Part shown: piece by piece, positions 1-11,694 of the stretch
Layout of the letters: the number at the start of each line of letters is the position of its first letter
Numbering within the stretch: position 1 is the stretch's first letter
Origin: Heptranchias perlo
Taxonomy: Eukaryota
DNA length: 64,000 bases
Reading direction: 5' to 3'
NCBI RefSeq assembly: GCF_035084215.1
Contig: NC_090336.1
Location: 40,486,001 to 40,550,000 of the forward strand
The notes under the pieces: model-generated
Told to the model about the DNA's origin: nothing
Databases searched by the model: none
The model's input: the letters and a program-made list of their open reading frames with translations, nothing else
Position numbers and translations under genes: made by a program

Positions 1-2137
1 TGGAAACAGCTACTTGAAGATAAATCAATGTCAGAGCAGTGGGAGGCATTCAAGGGGGAGATTCAAGGGGTTCAGAGTAAACATGTTCCCACAGAGAAAA
101 AAGGTGGGACTGCCAATTCTGGAGCCTCCTGGATGTCAGGGAGCACACAGGGTAAGATCAGGCAGAAAAGGAAAGCTTAGGTCAGACACTGAGAACTCAA
201 TACTGCAGAAAGCCTACAGGAGTATTGAAAGTGCAGGGGTGAAATTATAAAGGAAATTAGGAAAGCAAAGAGAGGGCAAGAAAAAATATTGGCAAGTAAA
301 ATCAAGGAAAAACGAAAGATGTTTTATAAATACATTAAGAACAAGAGGATAACTAAGGGAAGTGTGGGGCCTATTAGAGACCAAAAAGGGAACCTATGTG
401 TGGAGGCGGAAGATGTTGGTATGGTTCTTAATGAATACTTTGCGTCTGTCTTCACAAAAGGGAGGGATGATGCAGGGATTGAAGTTAAGGAGGGGGAGTG
501 TGAAATATTGGATGGGATAAACATAGTGAGAGAGGAAGTATTAAGGGGATTAGCATCTTTGAAAGTAGATAAATCACCAGGGCTGGATGTAATGTATCCC
601 AGGCTGCTAAAAGAAGCAAGGGAGGAAATAGCGGAGGCTCTGACCATCATTTTCCAATCCTCACTGTATACAGGCGTGGTGCTGGAGGATTGGAAGACTG
701 CTAACGTTGTTTAAAAAGGGAGTGAAGGATAGACCGAGTAATTACAGGCCAGTCAGTCTAACCTCGGTGTGGGCAAATTATCGGAATTAATTCTGAGGGA
801 CAGGAAAAACCGTCACTTAGAAAGGCACGGAGTAATCAAGGACAGTCAGCATGGATTTGTTAAGGGAAGTTCGTGTCTGACTAACTTGATTGAATTTTTT
901 GAGGAGGTAACAAGGAGGGTAGGTGAGGGTAGTGCATTTGATGTAGTCTACATGGATTTTAGCAAGGTTTTTGGCAAGGTCCCGCATGGCAGACTGGTCA
1001 AAAAAGTACAAGCCCATGGGATCCAAGGGAAAGTGGCAAGTTGGATCCAAAATTGGCTCAATGGCAGGAAACAAAGGGTAATGGTTGACAGGTGTTTTTG
1101 TGACTGGAAGGCTGTTTCCAGTGGGGTTCTGCAGGGCTCAGTACCAGGTCCCTTGCTTTTTGTGGTATATATTAATGATTTGGATTTAAAAGTAGGGGGC
1201 ATGATTAAGAAATTTGCAGATGCAGTTGGGTGTGTGGTTGATAGTGAGGAGGAAAGCTGTAGACTGCAGGAAGATATCAATGGACTGGTCAGGTGGGCAG
1301 AAAAGTGGCAAATGGAATTTAATTCAGAGAAATGTGAGGTAATGCATTTGGGGAGAGCAAACAAGGCAAGGGAGTACACAATAAATGGGAGGATACTGAG
1401 AGGTGTAGAGGAAGTGAGGGACCTTGGAGTGCATGTCCACAGATCCCTGAAGGTAGCAGGATAGGTAGATAAGGTGGTTAAGAAGGCATATGGAATTCTT
1501 TCCTTTATTAGCCGGGGCATAGAATATAAGAACAGGGAGATTATACTGGAACTGTATAAAACACTAGTTAGGCCACAGCTTCAGTACTGTGTACAGTTCT
1601 GGTCACCACTTTATAGGAAAGATGTGATTGCACTAGAGAGGGTACAGAGGAGATTTACGAGGATGTTGCCAGGACTGGAGAATTTTAACTATGGGGAAAG
1701 ATTGGATAGGCTGGGGTTGTTTTCTTTGGAACAGAGGAGGCTGAGGGGTGATTTAATTGAGATGTACAAAATTGTGAGGGAGCTAGATAGAGTGGACAGG
1801 AAGGACCTATTTCCCTTAGCAGAGAGGTCAATAACAAGGGGGCAAAGATTTAAAGTAATTGGTAGAAGGATTAGAGGGGAGCTAAGGACAATTTTTTTCA
1901 CCCAGAGAGTGGAGGGGATCTGGAACTCACTGCCTGATAGGGTGGTAGAGGCAGAAACCCTCAACTCATTTAAAAAGTACCTGGATGTGCACCTGAAGTG
2001 CCGTAACCTACATGGCTACGGACCAAGTGCTGGAAAATGGGATTAGGTTGGGTGGCTCATTTTCAGCCAGCGCGGACACAATGGACCGAATGGCTTCCTT
2101 CTGTGCCGTAAATTTTCTATGATTCTATGATTCTATA
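1..2137 (+). mobile_element. CR1 LINE (family A), ORF2/RT and 3' end, degenerate
   Basis: Broken ORFs with CR1 RT motifs (KSPGLD, QHGFVKG, YMDFSK, GVLQGSV, YINDLD, KFAD, YCVQFWSP); ends in (TTCTATGA)n tail at ~2115-2137. Confidence 0.93.
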
Positions 2138-3319
2138 TGAAAAGGAGGACACTAAGCTCTCCTGAAACTATTTATCAGTGCGGTAGAACTAGGGCAGAGT
2201 CAACAAAACTGACATGTTCCATTCTCTTGCCCCAAAACACCTCAACCTGAGTAGATATACACAATAAACTTAACAATAAATTTGGTTGGAGAGGTGGTAG
2301 GAACTTCCCCACCAGGATTAATGAACATCAGCACAAGAGTCACCACAGACCACTTTAGCAGATCAGCGGCTGGTTACAGAATTACACTGGCAGATGTCTG
2401 GGAAGAGGCTGCCTGTCCATCCTCTCTGTGGTTGCGGATGGCACATGGTGCCGAGAGTGAACGGGGAAAGGGAAGATAATTCAATACATTGCAAAAGAAA
2501 AGACAAATGCCCAGAATTTCCTCAGAGCTGCTCCTCCTCCGCCACGGTAACTTTGCCGAGAGTGTGTTGGAAACTCTGTTTATGTACATAAAGGGGTTTC
2601 CTCCACACTTTCGATGCAATTATGGCAGCACAGCAGCAGAAAATCTATGTTAAGCACTGGTAGCTAAATACAGTCATTAATACTTGATTGACACGTTTCA
2701 GAAAGGGAACTAAATGTTACAATGACGGCTTCTCCTTTATTGGGTCAAGAGCTCACTTCATTTTATTTTGCTTTTCAGACATTATTACAAAACTGGGATT
2801 CTGGAACGGGTGGATAGAAGGTTAATGTACAAGTTTGGAAGGAGTGCATATGGCTGGAGACAAAAGCCTTCAGCTACCAGTCAACTTTAACCTTGATTGA
2901 GTGAAGATACGGGTCAGTGCTAACATGAGCTGGCACCATCTTCAGACCATGCACCATCCTCAGGCAGCAGCCAGCTCAACTTGTAATCACTTTTTTATTC
3001 AAAATTAAATCTTTGCCTTCACCTTGTTGGAGCTTCTTTGTGAAAAATATAGCATAATAAGGTTAAAATATTCAACAAGCTAGTAATAAATAGGATTTCA
3101 ATTGTGTTGTTTTATGTTGTAAATAACATTCTAAATGCTCAATGGAGTCTATACACAGGAGTTCAAAATCTATAACCTATATATATCTATAGCTATTTGT
3201 TTGCCTGTGTAATATTTATCTATTAATATCTATCTATATACCTATAATCTATCTATATATCTATAGACATATATATATATAAAATGTGACACACCTGAAA
3301 TGTGATGGACATGTTTTAT

Positions 3320-5560
3320 TAGAATTTTTCAGGATGTGGGCACCATTGGCAAGGCTGGCATTTATTGCCCATCGCTAGTTGCCTTTGAGATGGTGGTGGT
3401 AGGCCTCTTTCTTGAACTACTGCAGCCCATGTGGTGAAGCTACTCTCACAATGCTGTTCAGCAGGATGTTCCAGAATTTTGACCGTGACAATGAAATAAT
3501 GGCGATATATGTCCAAGTCAAGATGGCGTGTGATTTGGAGGCATACTTGGAGGTGATGGTGTTCCCGTGCACCTGCTGCCTTTGTCCTTCTAGATGGTGG
3601 AGGTCGTGGGCTTGGGAGGTGCTGCTGAAGAAGTGTTGCTGCTGTGCATCCTGTAGATAGTACACACTGTTAATACGATATCCCGGGGGTGGAGGGAATG
3701 GATATTTAAGCCAGTGGATGGTGTGCCAATCATGCTTCGTCCTAGATGGTGTTGAGCTTCTTGAATGTTGTTGCTGCTGTACCCATCCAGGCAAGTGGAG
3801 AGTATTCCATCACACTCCTGACTTGTGCCTTGTAGGTGGTGGAGAGGCTTTGGGGAGTCAGGATGTGAGCCTATCGCCGCAGAATACCCAGCCTCTGATC
3901 TGCTCTAGTAGGCACGGCATATATGTGGCTACTCTAATTGAGTTTCTGGTCAGTGGGGACCCACAGGATATTGATAGTGGGGGACTCAGCGATAGTAATG
4001 CCACTGAATGTCAAGGGGATGTAGTTAGGCTCTTTCTTGTTGGAGATGATCATTGCCTGACACTTGTGTGGCGTGAATGTTACTTGCCACTTATCAGCCC
4101 AAGCTTGGATGTTGTCCATGTCTTGCTGCTTGCGGGCATGGACTGCTTCATCATCTGAGAAATTGTGAATGGAGCTGAACACTGTGCAATCATCTGCGAA
4201 TAGCCCGACTTCTAACCTATTGATGAAGCAGTTGAAGATAGTTGGGGCTAGCTCGCTGTCCCGAGGAACTCCTGCAACAATGTCATAGGGCTGGGATGAT
4301 TGGCTTCCAAATACCAGAACCATCTTCCTTTGTGCCAGGTGTGACTCCAGCCACTGGAGAGTTTTCCCCCTGATTCCCATTTGACTTCAATTTTACTAGG
4401 GCTCCTTGGTGCTACACTCAGTCAAATGCTGCCTTGATGTTAAGGGCAGTCATTTTCACCTCATCTCTGGAATTCAGCTCTTGTGTCCATGTTTGGACAA
4501 AGACTGTAATGAGGTCTGGAGTTGAGTGGCCTTGGTGGAACCCAAACTGAGCATCGATATGCTGGTTATTGGTGAGTGAGTGCCGCCTGATAGTGCTGTT
4601 GGAGTCTCCTTCCTTCACTTTGATGATGATTGAGAGTAGACTGATGGGGTGGTAATTGGTCGGATTGCATTTGTCCTGCTTTTTGTGGTGAGGACATACC
4701 TGGGCAATTTTCCACATTGTCGGTAGATGCCAGTGTTGTAGCTGTCCTGGAACAACTTAGAACATAAGAACATAAGAAATAGGAGCAGGAGCAGGCCAAT
4801 CGGCCCCTCGTGCCTGCTCTGCCATTCAATAAGATCATGGCTTGGGGCATGGCTAGTTCTGGAGCACAGGTTTTCAGCACTACAGCCGGGATTTGATCAG
4901 GCTCATAGCCTTTGTTGTGTCCAAGGCACTCAGATATTTCTTGATGTCACATGGAGTGAATCAAATTGACTGAAGACTGGCATCTATTATGGTGGGTATC
5001 TCAGGAGGAGGCCAAGAAGGATCATCCACTTGGCACTTCTTTCTCAGGATGTTTGCAATGCATTTGCCTTACCTTTTGTACTCACGTGATGTGCTCTGCC
5101 ATAGTTGAGGATGGAGATACTCATGGAGTCTCATCCTCCAGTTAGCTGCTTCATTGTCCACAACCATTCACGATTGGATGTGGTAGGGTTGCTGATTTGT
5201 TGGATGTGGGATTGCTTAGCTCTGTCTATAGCATGTTGCTTTCGCTGTTTAGCATGCATGTAGTCCTGTGGTGTAGCTTCACCAGGTTGGCACCTCATTT
5301 TCAGGTACGCCCGGTGCTGCTCTCGGCCTGCTCTTCTACACTCCTCATTGAACCAGGGTTGGTCACTTGTCTTGATGGTGATGGAGGAGTGAGAGATATG
5401 CCAGGTCATGTGGTGGTATACAATTCTGCTGCTGTTGATGGCCCACAGTGCCTCATGGATGCCCAGTTTTGAACTGCTAGATCTGTTCTGAATCTATTCT
5501 ACTTAGCATGGTGGTAGTACCACACAACATGGTGGAGGGTGTCCTCAATGTGAAGATGGG
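3320..5560 (-). mobile_element. LINE of the CR1/L2 group (family B, poly(A)-tailed), degenerate ORF2
   Basis: Minus-strand ORF fragments QFGFHQGHSTPDLIT, NIKAAFD, LFADDCTVF, WADKWQVTF; 3' end matches copies at 20.8, 25.3 and 28.4 kb. Boundaries approximate. Confidence 0.85.
4758..4842 (-). mobile_element. Short CR1 3'-end fragment nested in the family B LINE
   Basis: AACATAAGAACATAAGAAATAGGAGCAGG is the reverse complement of a CR1 tail; near-identical to 36057-36135. Confidence 0.75.
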
Positions 5561-6385
5561 ACTGATGTATGTCTTAAAACCTTTTTTTAAACTTTGTCAC
5601 ACTTTTAAAAAAATGAAAAAAGAAAGGAAGCAGTTTTTTCCTGGTTTCTCCTGATCTTTGATTGGATCTGCATAAAACTTCAGGAAGGCTCTGCTATTAG
5701 GCCTTGTGACCTTAAAGGTAATATAAAAATGCACCTCAATGCAGAATAATAACTATGCATTTCATGATATTATATTCTTGTCTTACCATGAGCAATGCTA
5801 TGAGAGATCGGCTAGTCTTTTATATGAATGTACAAAATATTTTGTAACAGGAGGCTGGAAAATATTGCTGGTGATGTCGCTACTTTAACCAAATTACTTT
5901 ATGTGGGTTAATGCCTCTGCTAAAATAATGGAAAAAAGAATGCCATACAAACATTTTCAGCATTTGTCCAACAAAATTGTGAACAGTAATTTCTAGCCTA
6001 TTATGTTTTGTTTATCTGTTTATTTTTGCGATGTTCAAGTTGTATTTGATAACATTGAACTTCTGACACATTCAGTGGCCTGAAACGTGGTGGCATTGTG
6101 AGTAGTACTTGTTTCAGAATAACACTTGAGCATGTCTGTATAACAGCGATGGACATTGAAAGTACGACCTGCTAAGGAGAAACAGTATCCAATGTGAATG
6201 TTGTAAACTTTTATAAATCACTTATGATTTTCAACACTATTGTGGATAAAATGATAATAAAATTAATTTTCCTTATGCACCTTATTCATCATAGTTGTAG
6301 TTATGTAATTATATTTGCTAGGTCAGATTTTTCTCTTTTGACATAATAACTGCCAGAATGTCTATTGGTGGGGTTTAGACACACT

Positions 6386-6951
6386 GGGGCTGAAAATCCA
6401 TAGCGGGAATGCATCCTGGCCAAAGTTGATGGGGTCAGGGAGAGGTGGCTATGCCACTATGGGCACATCCTAGGGCACCCACCTGCCCCAACATGCAGAA
6501 AGACCAGGGCAGCTTGCTGCTGTGGGAGGGGAGTGCTGGGTCTCCTCCGGAAATAGCTTAAACGTGCCCCTAATAACTGCATTTGTAAAGGGGCTGCTTT
6601 AAAGTAATTTTTAAAAAAATCCCTTTTGCTTCGGGTGTCAAGGCCATGATCACGACCTAGACTCCCAGATGGGGCCCATTTCCACTGTTTGACAGCCATG
6701 ATACATACTGCTGCTGATCCTACGCTGGGATCTTTTGATAGCTGGAGGTGTGGGAGTTCCTGACATTGAGAGTCCTGACCCTGCCATGCTGCTGACCTTG
6801 TAAGGAGATGGTGGAGATTCTGCCCCTTACAAGGCCTGCAAAATCCTAATGTTGGGCTGGGACCCGGCATATCCAGATTCCAACCTAATTTCCAGCCCTT
6901 CCAACGCACATCTGCTGAAGTACACTGGAAGGGCCATGGATTTTCAGCTCC
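6386..6951. mobile_element. MITE, PIF/Harbinger-like (566 bp)
   Basis: TIRs GGGGCTGAAAATCCAT / ATGGATTTTCAGCTCC; 3-bp TSD ACT at 6383-6385 and 6952-6954. Confidence 0.8.
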
Positions 6952-9577
6952 ACTGAAGTGGAATGGGCTGTTTACACACAATTTTCCTCTGAAGAGCAAG
7001 GCTAGAGAGCAACACAGGGAATGAGAAAGCAAATTGAGCGTAAATCAAATTTAAAGAGATGGGGTTAATTAATAGAGGAGCACAAAATTCAGAAAGCCTT
7101 TGAAGAGCTTTAGAAGGCAACTTAACCCATTAGCCAAGGCTGATGAGGTAGGGGACTAAGAAGAAACGGGCAAATATGAAGGAAATGCCAGACCTAGGTG
7201 CAGAAATAAGTCTGCAGACAAGTAAAGGAGCAACCTAGCAACCTAGCCCCAGTTTGATGAAGTCAAGGTGGTGCTGTGTGAGGTACTTAGGAGACACTAT
7301 TGAAGTACACATCTGCTCATGGCTGACATTACAGGCAGATTAGGAATCTGAAAGGATATTTGGGTGGTGGCATAGCACGTGGCTGCTCTAGTTCCCTGTA
7401 CCACTGGGTAGGAGGCAGGTTTGTTTCTGTGATCAAGGTCCCACATGTTGAAAGTTCTCAGTGCCATCTGTGTCACCACGAAGCAGATGCCTCATGCTTC
7501 CTCACTACTGACCCTGGGCTGATGAAGCACCAAGGGATGGGTACAGAGTAGCAAGGGCAGAAACCTACGAGAAGGGTCCCAGACTACCCTATGCAGCAGA
7601 GAATAGTGTTTCCTGCTGGAAGACTTGAAGGGGGAGCAAAAGAAATATGTCAAAATGAGAAAAAGAAATTAGATAGTGAATACCTATGTCAAATGGTCAT
7701 TATTTTTATTATTTTAAAAAAAGGAAAGTGAAAAGTCATTCAATCGTTGTCGGTCATTCTGAATATACGAGACTATCTTCTGGACCTGGATTACAGAATG
7801 ACTGCTTCTATCTCATTCTTCCCTAGATCTAGGCAGTCTATCATTTTCTAGTGAATTATTAACTGGTGACTATATTCACTTGGCAGTAGTTTATCCCATT
7901 ATGGAGAGCTTATTCAGCTTATGCTTTCTTTAAGTCATAATCATGTTCCCTGGATCCTTCCTCCTGCACAATGAATTTCTCTGCCTCCTTCTTATCAAAT
8001 CCTTGCATAATTTTGAACACTTTAATCATGATTCCCTCCTCCTCATCGCAATCTTTTTCTAATGAGAATAAATTGAGCTCACTAAGCCTCTCTGTATTTC
8101 CATCAATATGAGAGCTGGAACTAGTCATACTGAATAATGCCAAAGCTACTGATGCCAAAGGTATGTTGTCACTTGGGGAAAACAGAAACTCTCAACTCTA
8201 AGCAAACAGGGCAGACCTGTGTACTTACAATTCATACTGTTAAAACACATTTTATGTATTCTTTTCAATAGTTTTATCATGAGCTGAGCAAAGGCCATTG
8301 GTTTTAGATATTTTGCTTTGTGTCGGTTTCTGCACATTCCTTACCGGGGAATTTAATCTGCATTGGTAGTCAGTGCAGACAATTGCACTGTCTAATATTT
8401 ATAATGATTTCTTCAACAAAAACTAGATGCAAGTTCAGAAACTGTTACTCGGGTTTTCAAATATACAGACAAAGAGATTTAAGAGTTTTGCAGTGCATTC
8501 GCACTTCACAAGTGTAGCACCGGTGCAAAGGCAAAACTGCTTAGCACCAATGCTAAATTTGGAGTGTAAATCAGGAGTGAAGTATTGAACTGACTCTGAA
8601 GTGAAGTGAGTGAGACTCCCTCATCCAGAATCTGCTTTGCTTTAGTGTAAGATTGGGCCCTGACTCCAAATTTAGGCTGCATTTATCCTGTAATTGCAAC
8701 GTCAGTGCAAAGTGAAATACACCCTTGTAGATTTGCTAAAAATATTTAAAGACCAAGTAATTCAGTTTAATTTTTGTATGCTAAGAATTCTAGATAAGTC
8801 ATTTCTGGCTTTCTGAAGGTCATTTTTACTGCAGTGATGTGTGGGTTTTAGTCTCCTTGAATGAATATACAGTCTGTGGAAGGACTGGCTTAATGGATTA
8901 AATGGCCGTTTCTCATTTCTTTCTTCTATTCTTATATTCCTATATCTAACCCTTCTCATCTCTCCCATCATCCTCCATTCAGGACTGACTGATGCACACC
9001 ATGTGTTGTTCTGCGTAGCCTTTGTTTAGAATTTTTTTTTAAAAACAGCAATTTTAAAAGTATATTTATTAAGAATGTACAGCTAGAGTTTTTTTTTAGA
9101 TTAGGAGAGCAGTGAATACAGAAAGAAAATGGTTTGAAATTTCCCGTCATTCAGCAGAAATGTGCACTCATCATTTAAGTAGGATTTACTGTAAATGCAC
9201 TAATGTATTGAAAAACAAGCTCCAGAGAAACATTGTGAAGCTAACTCAGTCCACAAGATGGCAGCATCTTGCATGTATACAATGAAAGGAGATACTGCAC
9301 TGCAGTAAATGAGGGTAAAGTTTGCTGAGGGGAAAAAATATTAAGAAATAATAATGAGAAATAAATAACAGAATCATAAAATTCTAACAATAAAGAGAAG
9401 ATAACTATTTAGATTATACATATAATACAAGATTTATTGAAATGTATAAAGAAAAATAAACAGCTTAAATAAGATTAAAATATAAAATAAAAATCAAGTC
9501 TGCAAAAGCTACATAAAGCATAGATTGATTTAATAATGGAGAAAATGATACACAAAGTAACATTCACAGTTTAACAA

Positions 9578-9752
9578 TGTGGTTAAGTGTGACCGTTAGT
9601 TTAGGAGTGACATAGTAAAGAGGCAGACCACCACTTCAGCTGCCACAGCACAAGCTAGAAGAGGCAGAGAGAGTTCCTGTTATTTCAGAGTTTACTTCAT
9701 GATATGGAACAGATGGGAGCCCTCTCTGAAAAACACACTCTGTGAGAGAAAG
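9578..9752 (+). promoter_or_regulatory. RAG1: Candidate RAG1 promoter and non-coding exon 1
   Basis: Non-repeat DNA with RUNX TGTGGTT (9578), Myb-type CCGTTA (9593), E-boxes CAGCTG (9637) and CAGATG (~9710), ending in donor AAG|GTAATG (9752/9753). RAG1 normally has a short non-coding exon 1. Confidence 0.5.
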
Positions 9753-11374
9753 GTAATGTAGAGAATGGACCTACTATCAATACTTGTATAATGACTGATT
9801 TAACTTGGTGTAGAGCTACATTAGGAGCATTATAATCAATGTTCCTGTAAGTTTATCTATCTTAAGTAAGTTAGCTGTACTGTACATCCATAAATGTTAC
9901 TGAAGATTCCTGCCATGGCATATATACCTTATACTTGTTTGTTATTATATGGGATATAAACAATACAGGATAGTGGGTAGGGATGTAAGGAGTTGAACAA
10001 GGAACATCACATGGTTAGTTTAATTGATTTTATATTTAGATGCTCTTTTATTTGAGTATTTTAAAGTAAGACATCAAAAATAATATTTTTCAGTTTTTCA
10101 ATTGACTGCTGCTTTCTTAACTGTTGCACTGGATATCAGAGTATACTGCAGATTCATTACATTTTAAATTAGAACAATCTCTAAGTAAAGTGAAGCGAGA
10201 TGGCAGGAAACACCTCATGGAAGATGCAGAAATAGATCATTTTTGTAAAATGGTGGGGACTAATTCCTTTAAAATTGACCTCAGATTACTAATTTTTGGG
10301 AAAGTAGGCAGAACTATTCTTTGCTACCTGCTTCTACTGAAACCCCTTACACTATAGATTAAACTTTACTTTAATATTAATATCTGTAAAATATATCCCA
10401 CACAAGTGTATTACCAGGTTATGGTATGTTTATCTTAAGCGTAACAAGATTTTAAAAATTCCAACCCATCCCCATTAATCACTATGAAAGTGGCTTAATT
10501 AGTTTGTGAAGGTTTTGAATGTGTCCTTTGGTTAACTGTGTAAAATAAGATGAAAAATATTGTAAAAGCTTAAGATGTGCTGGTTTTATAGGTGGTGCAA
10601 CTGTATCATCTTGTAGCCTTTCTCTTCCAGCAAACTGGTTGAAATCCAGGCTAGGGTCTGTGCAGATTGCGACATATTACCGATGGCTGTTATGAATCTC
10701 AAACAATATTCCCTTCAGTGTAATCTTATGTCTACTTTCAAGAGATATAAATTTCACAGCACAATATTGGTTGATACATTGCAGATGATACAAAACTACT
10801 GATTGTGTTTGTAGCCATGGAATAGAGATCAAAATATTATCCTGAGGACTACATAAATAACTGAGAGTGTGTTATAATGAGTGAAGCTTAAGACTTAAAT
10901 CAATCTTACAGATTTGAGTCACTCTAACCCAAGGGAAAATATTTTACCACAGTCTGACAATCGCAATTCATATTAATTTTGTGTCAATTTAAGATTTATT
11001 TCTACAAACCTTTGGTTTTCAGTTCTTTGTTAAATGCTCAAGTCAGCAGTAGCCTCTTTTGTATAATGTCTCATTTTTATTAACTGCAGATACCACCGAT
11101 AAAAGACTATAGCCAATTAGTAGGCAGCAGCTAGACCCGTTTGCGATATGTGACCGTTTTGTATTCTAACCTAGGGAAATTACCTTGAGTTGAAGGAATA
11201 AGGGAACAGGGTGGGTGAATGTGATTATAACAATTTGGTTGTACGGAGGGTAAACACCAACATAGACTGGTTGGGTCTGTTTTCGTTTTGTAACTTCTAT
11301 TTATTTCTATGCATTTATAAAGATGCAAAAGTCAGCTTTGGCCTATGAAATCTGCAGTGAGAAGAGTCTTCAAT

Positions 11375-11462
11375 GGAGAGTAAATTGGGTGGGGTATAAA
11401 ACGGGCGACTTACCCGATCCCATCAGTTTCCCGCCAGGTGGGATAAGTTAACATTACTCTCC
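11375..11462. mobile_element. Tiny MITE-like element in the RAG1 intron
   Basis: Termini GGAGAGTAA...TTACTCTCC; no clean TSD. Confidence 0.4.
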
Positions 11463-11659
11463 TTTTATTGAATGTGATGGTCTTTAATTGATTTTAGACC
11501 AGACTGAATCAAAAACCCAATTTTAGCACAGAACACTGTAAACTGCAGATATCTGAGTAATGAAAGATTAGAATGTAGGAGTAGGAAATTAACATTGAAT
11601 ATAAAGCTGACTGTGTTGCTCCTGAGGGTGGTGAACTATAATCCTATTTTAATCAATAA

Positions 11660-11694
11660 TCACTTTTTATATCTCTGTTAGGTATCAATGTCTA
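11660..11694 (+). other. RAG1: RAG1 splice acceptor and 13-nt leader of the coding exon
   Basis: Pyrimidine tract TTTTTATATCTCTGTTAG|GTATCAATGTCTAATG; exon starts at 11682, similar to the mammalian arrangement. Confidence 0.75.
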
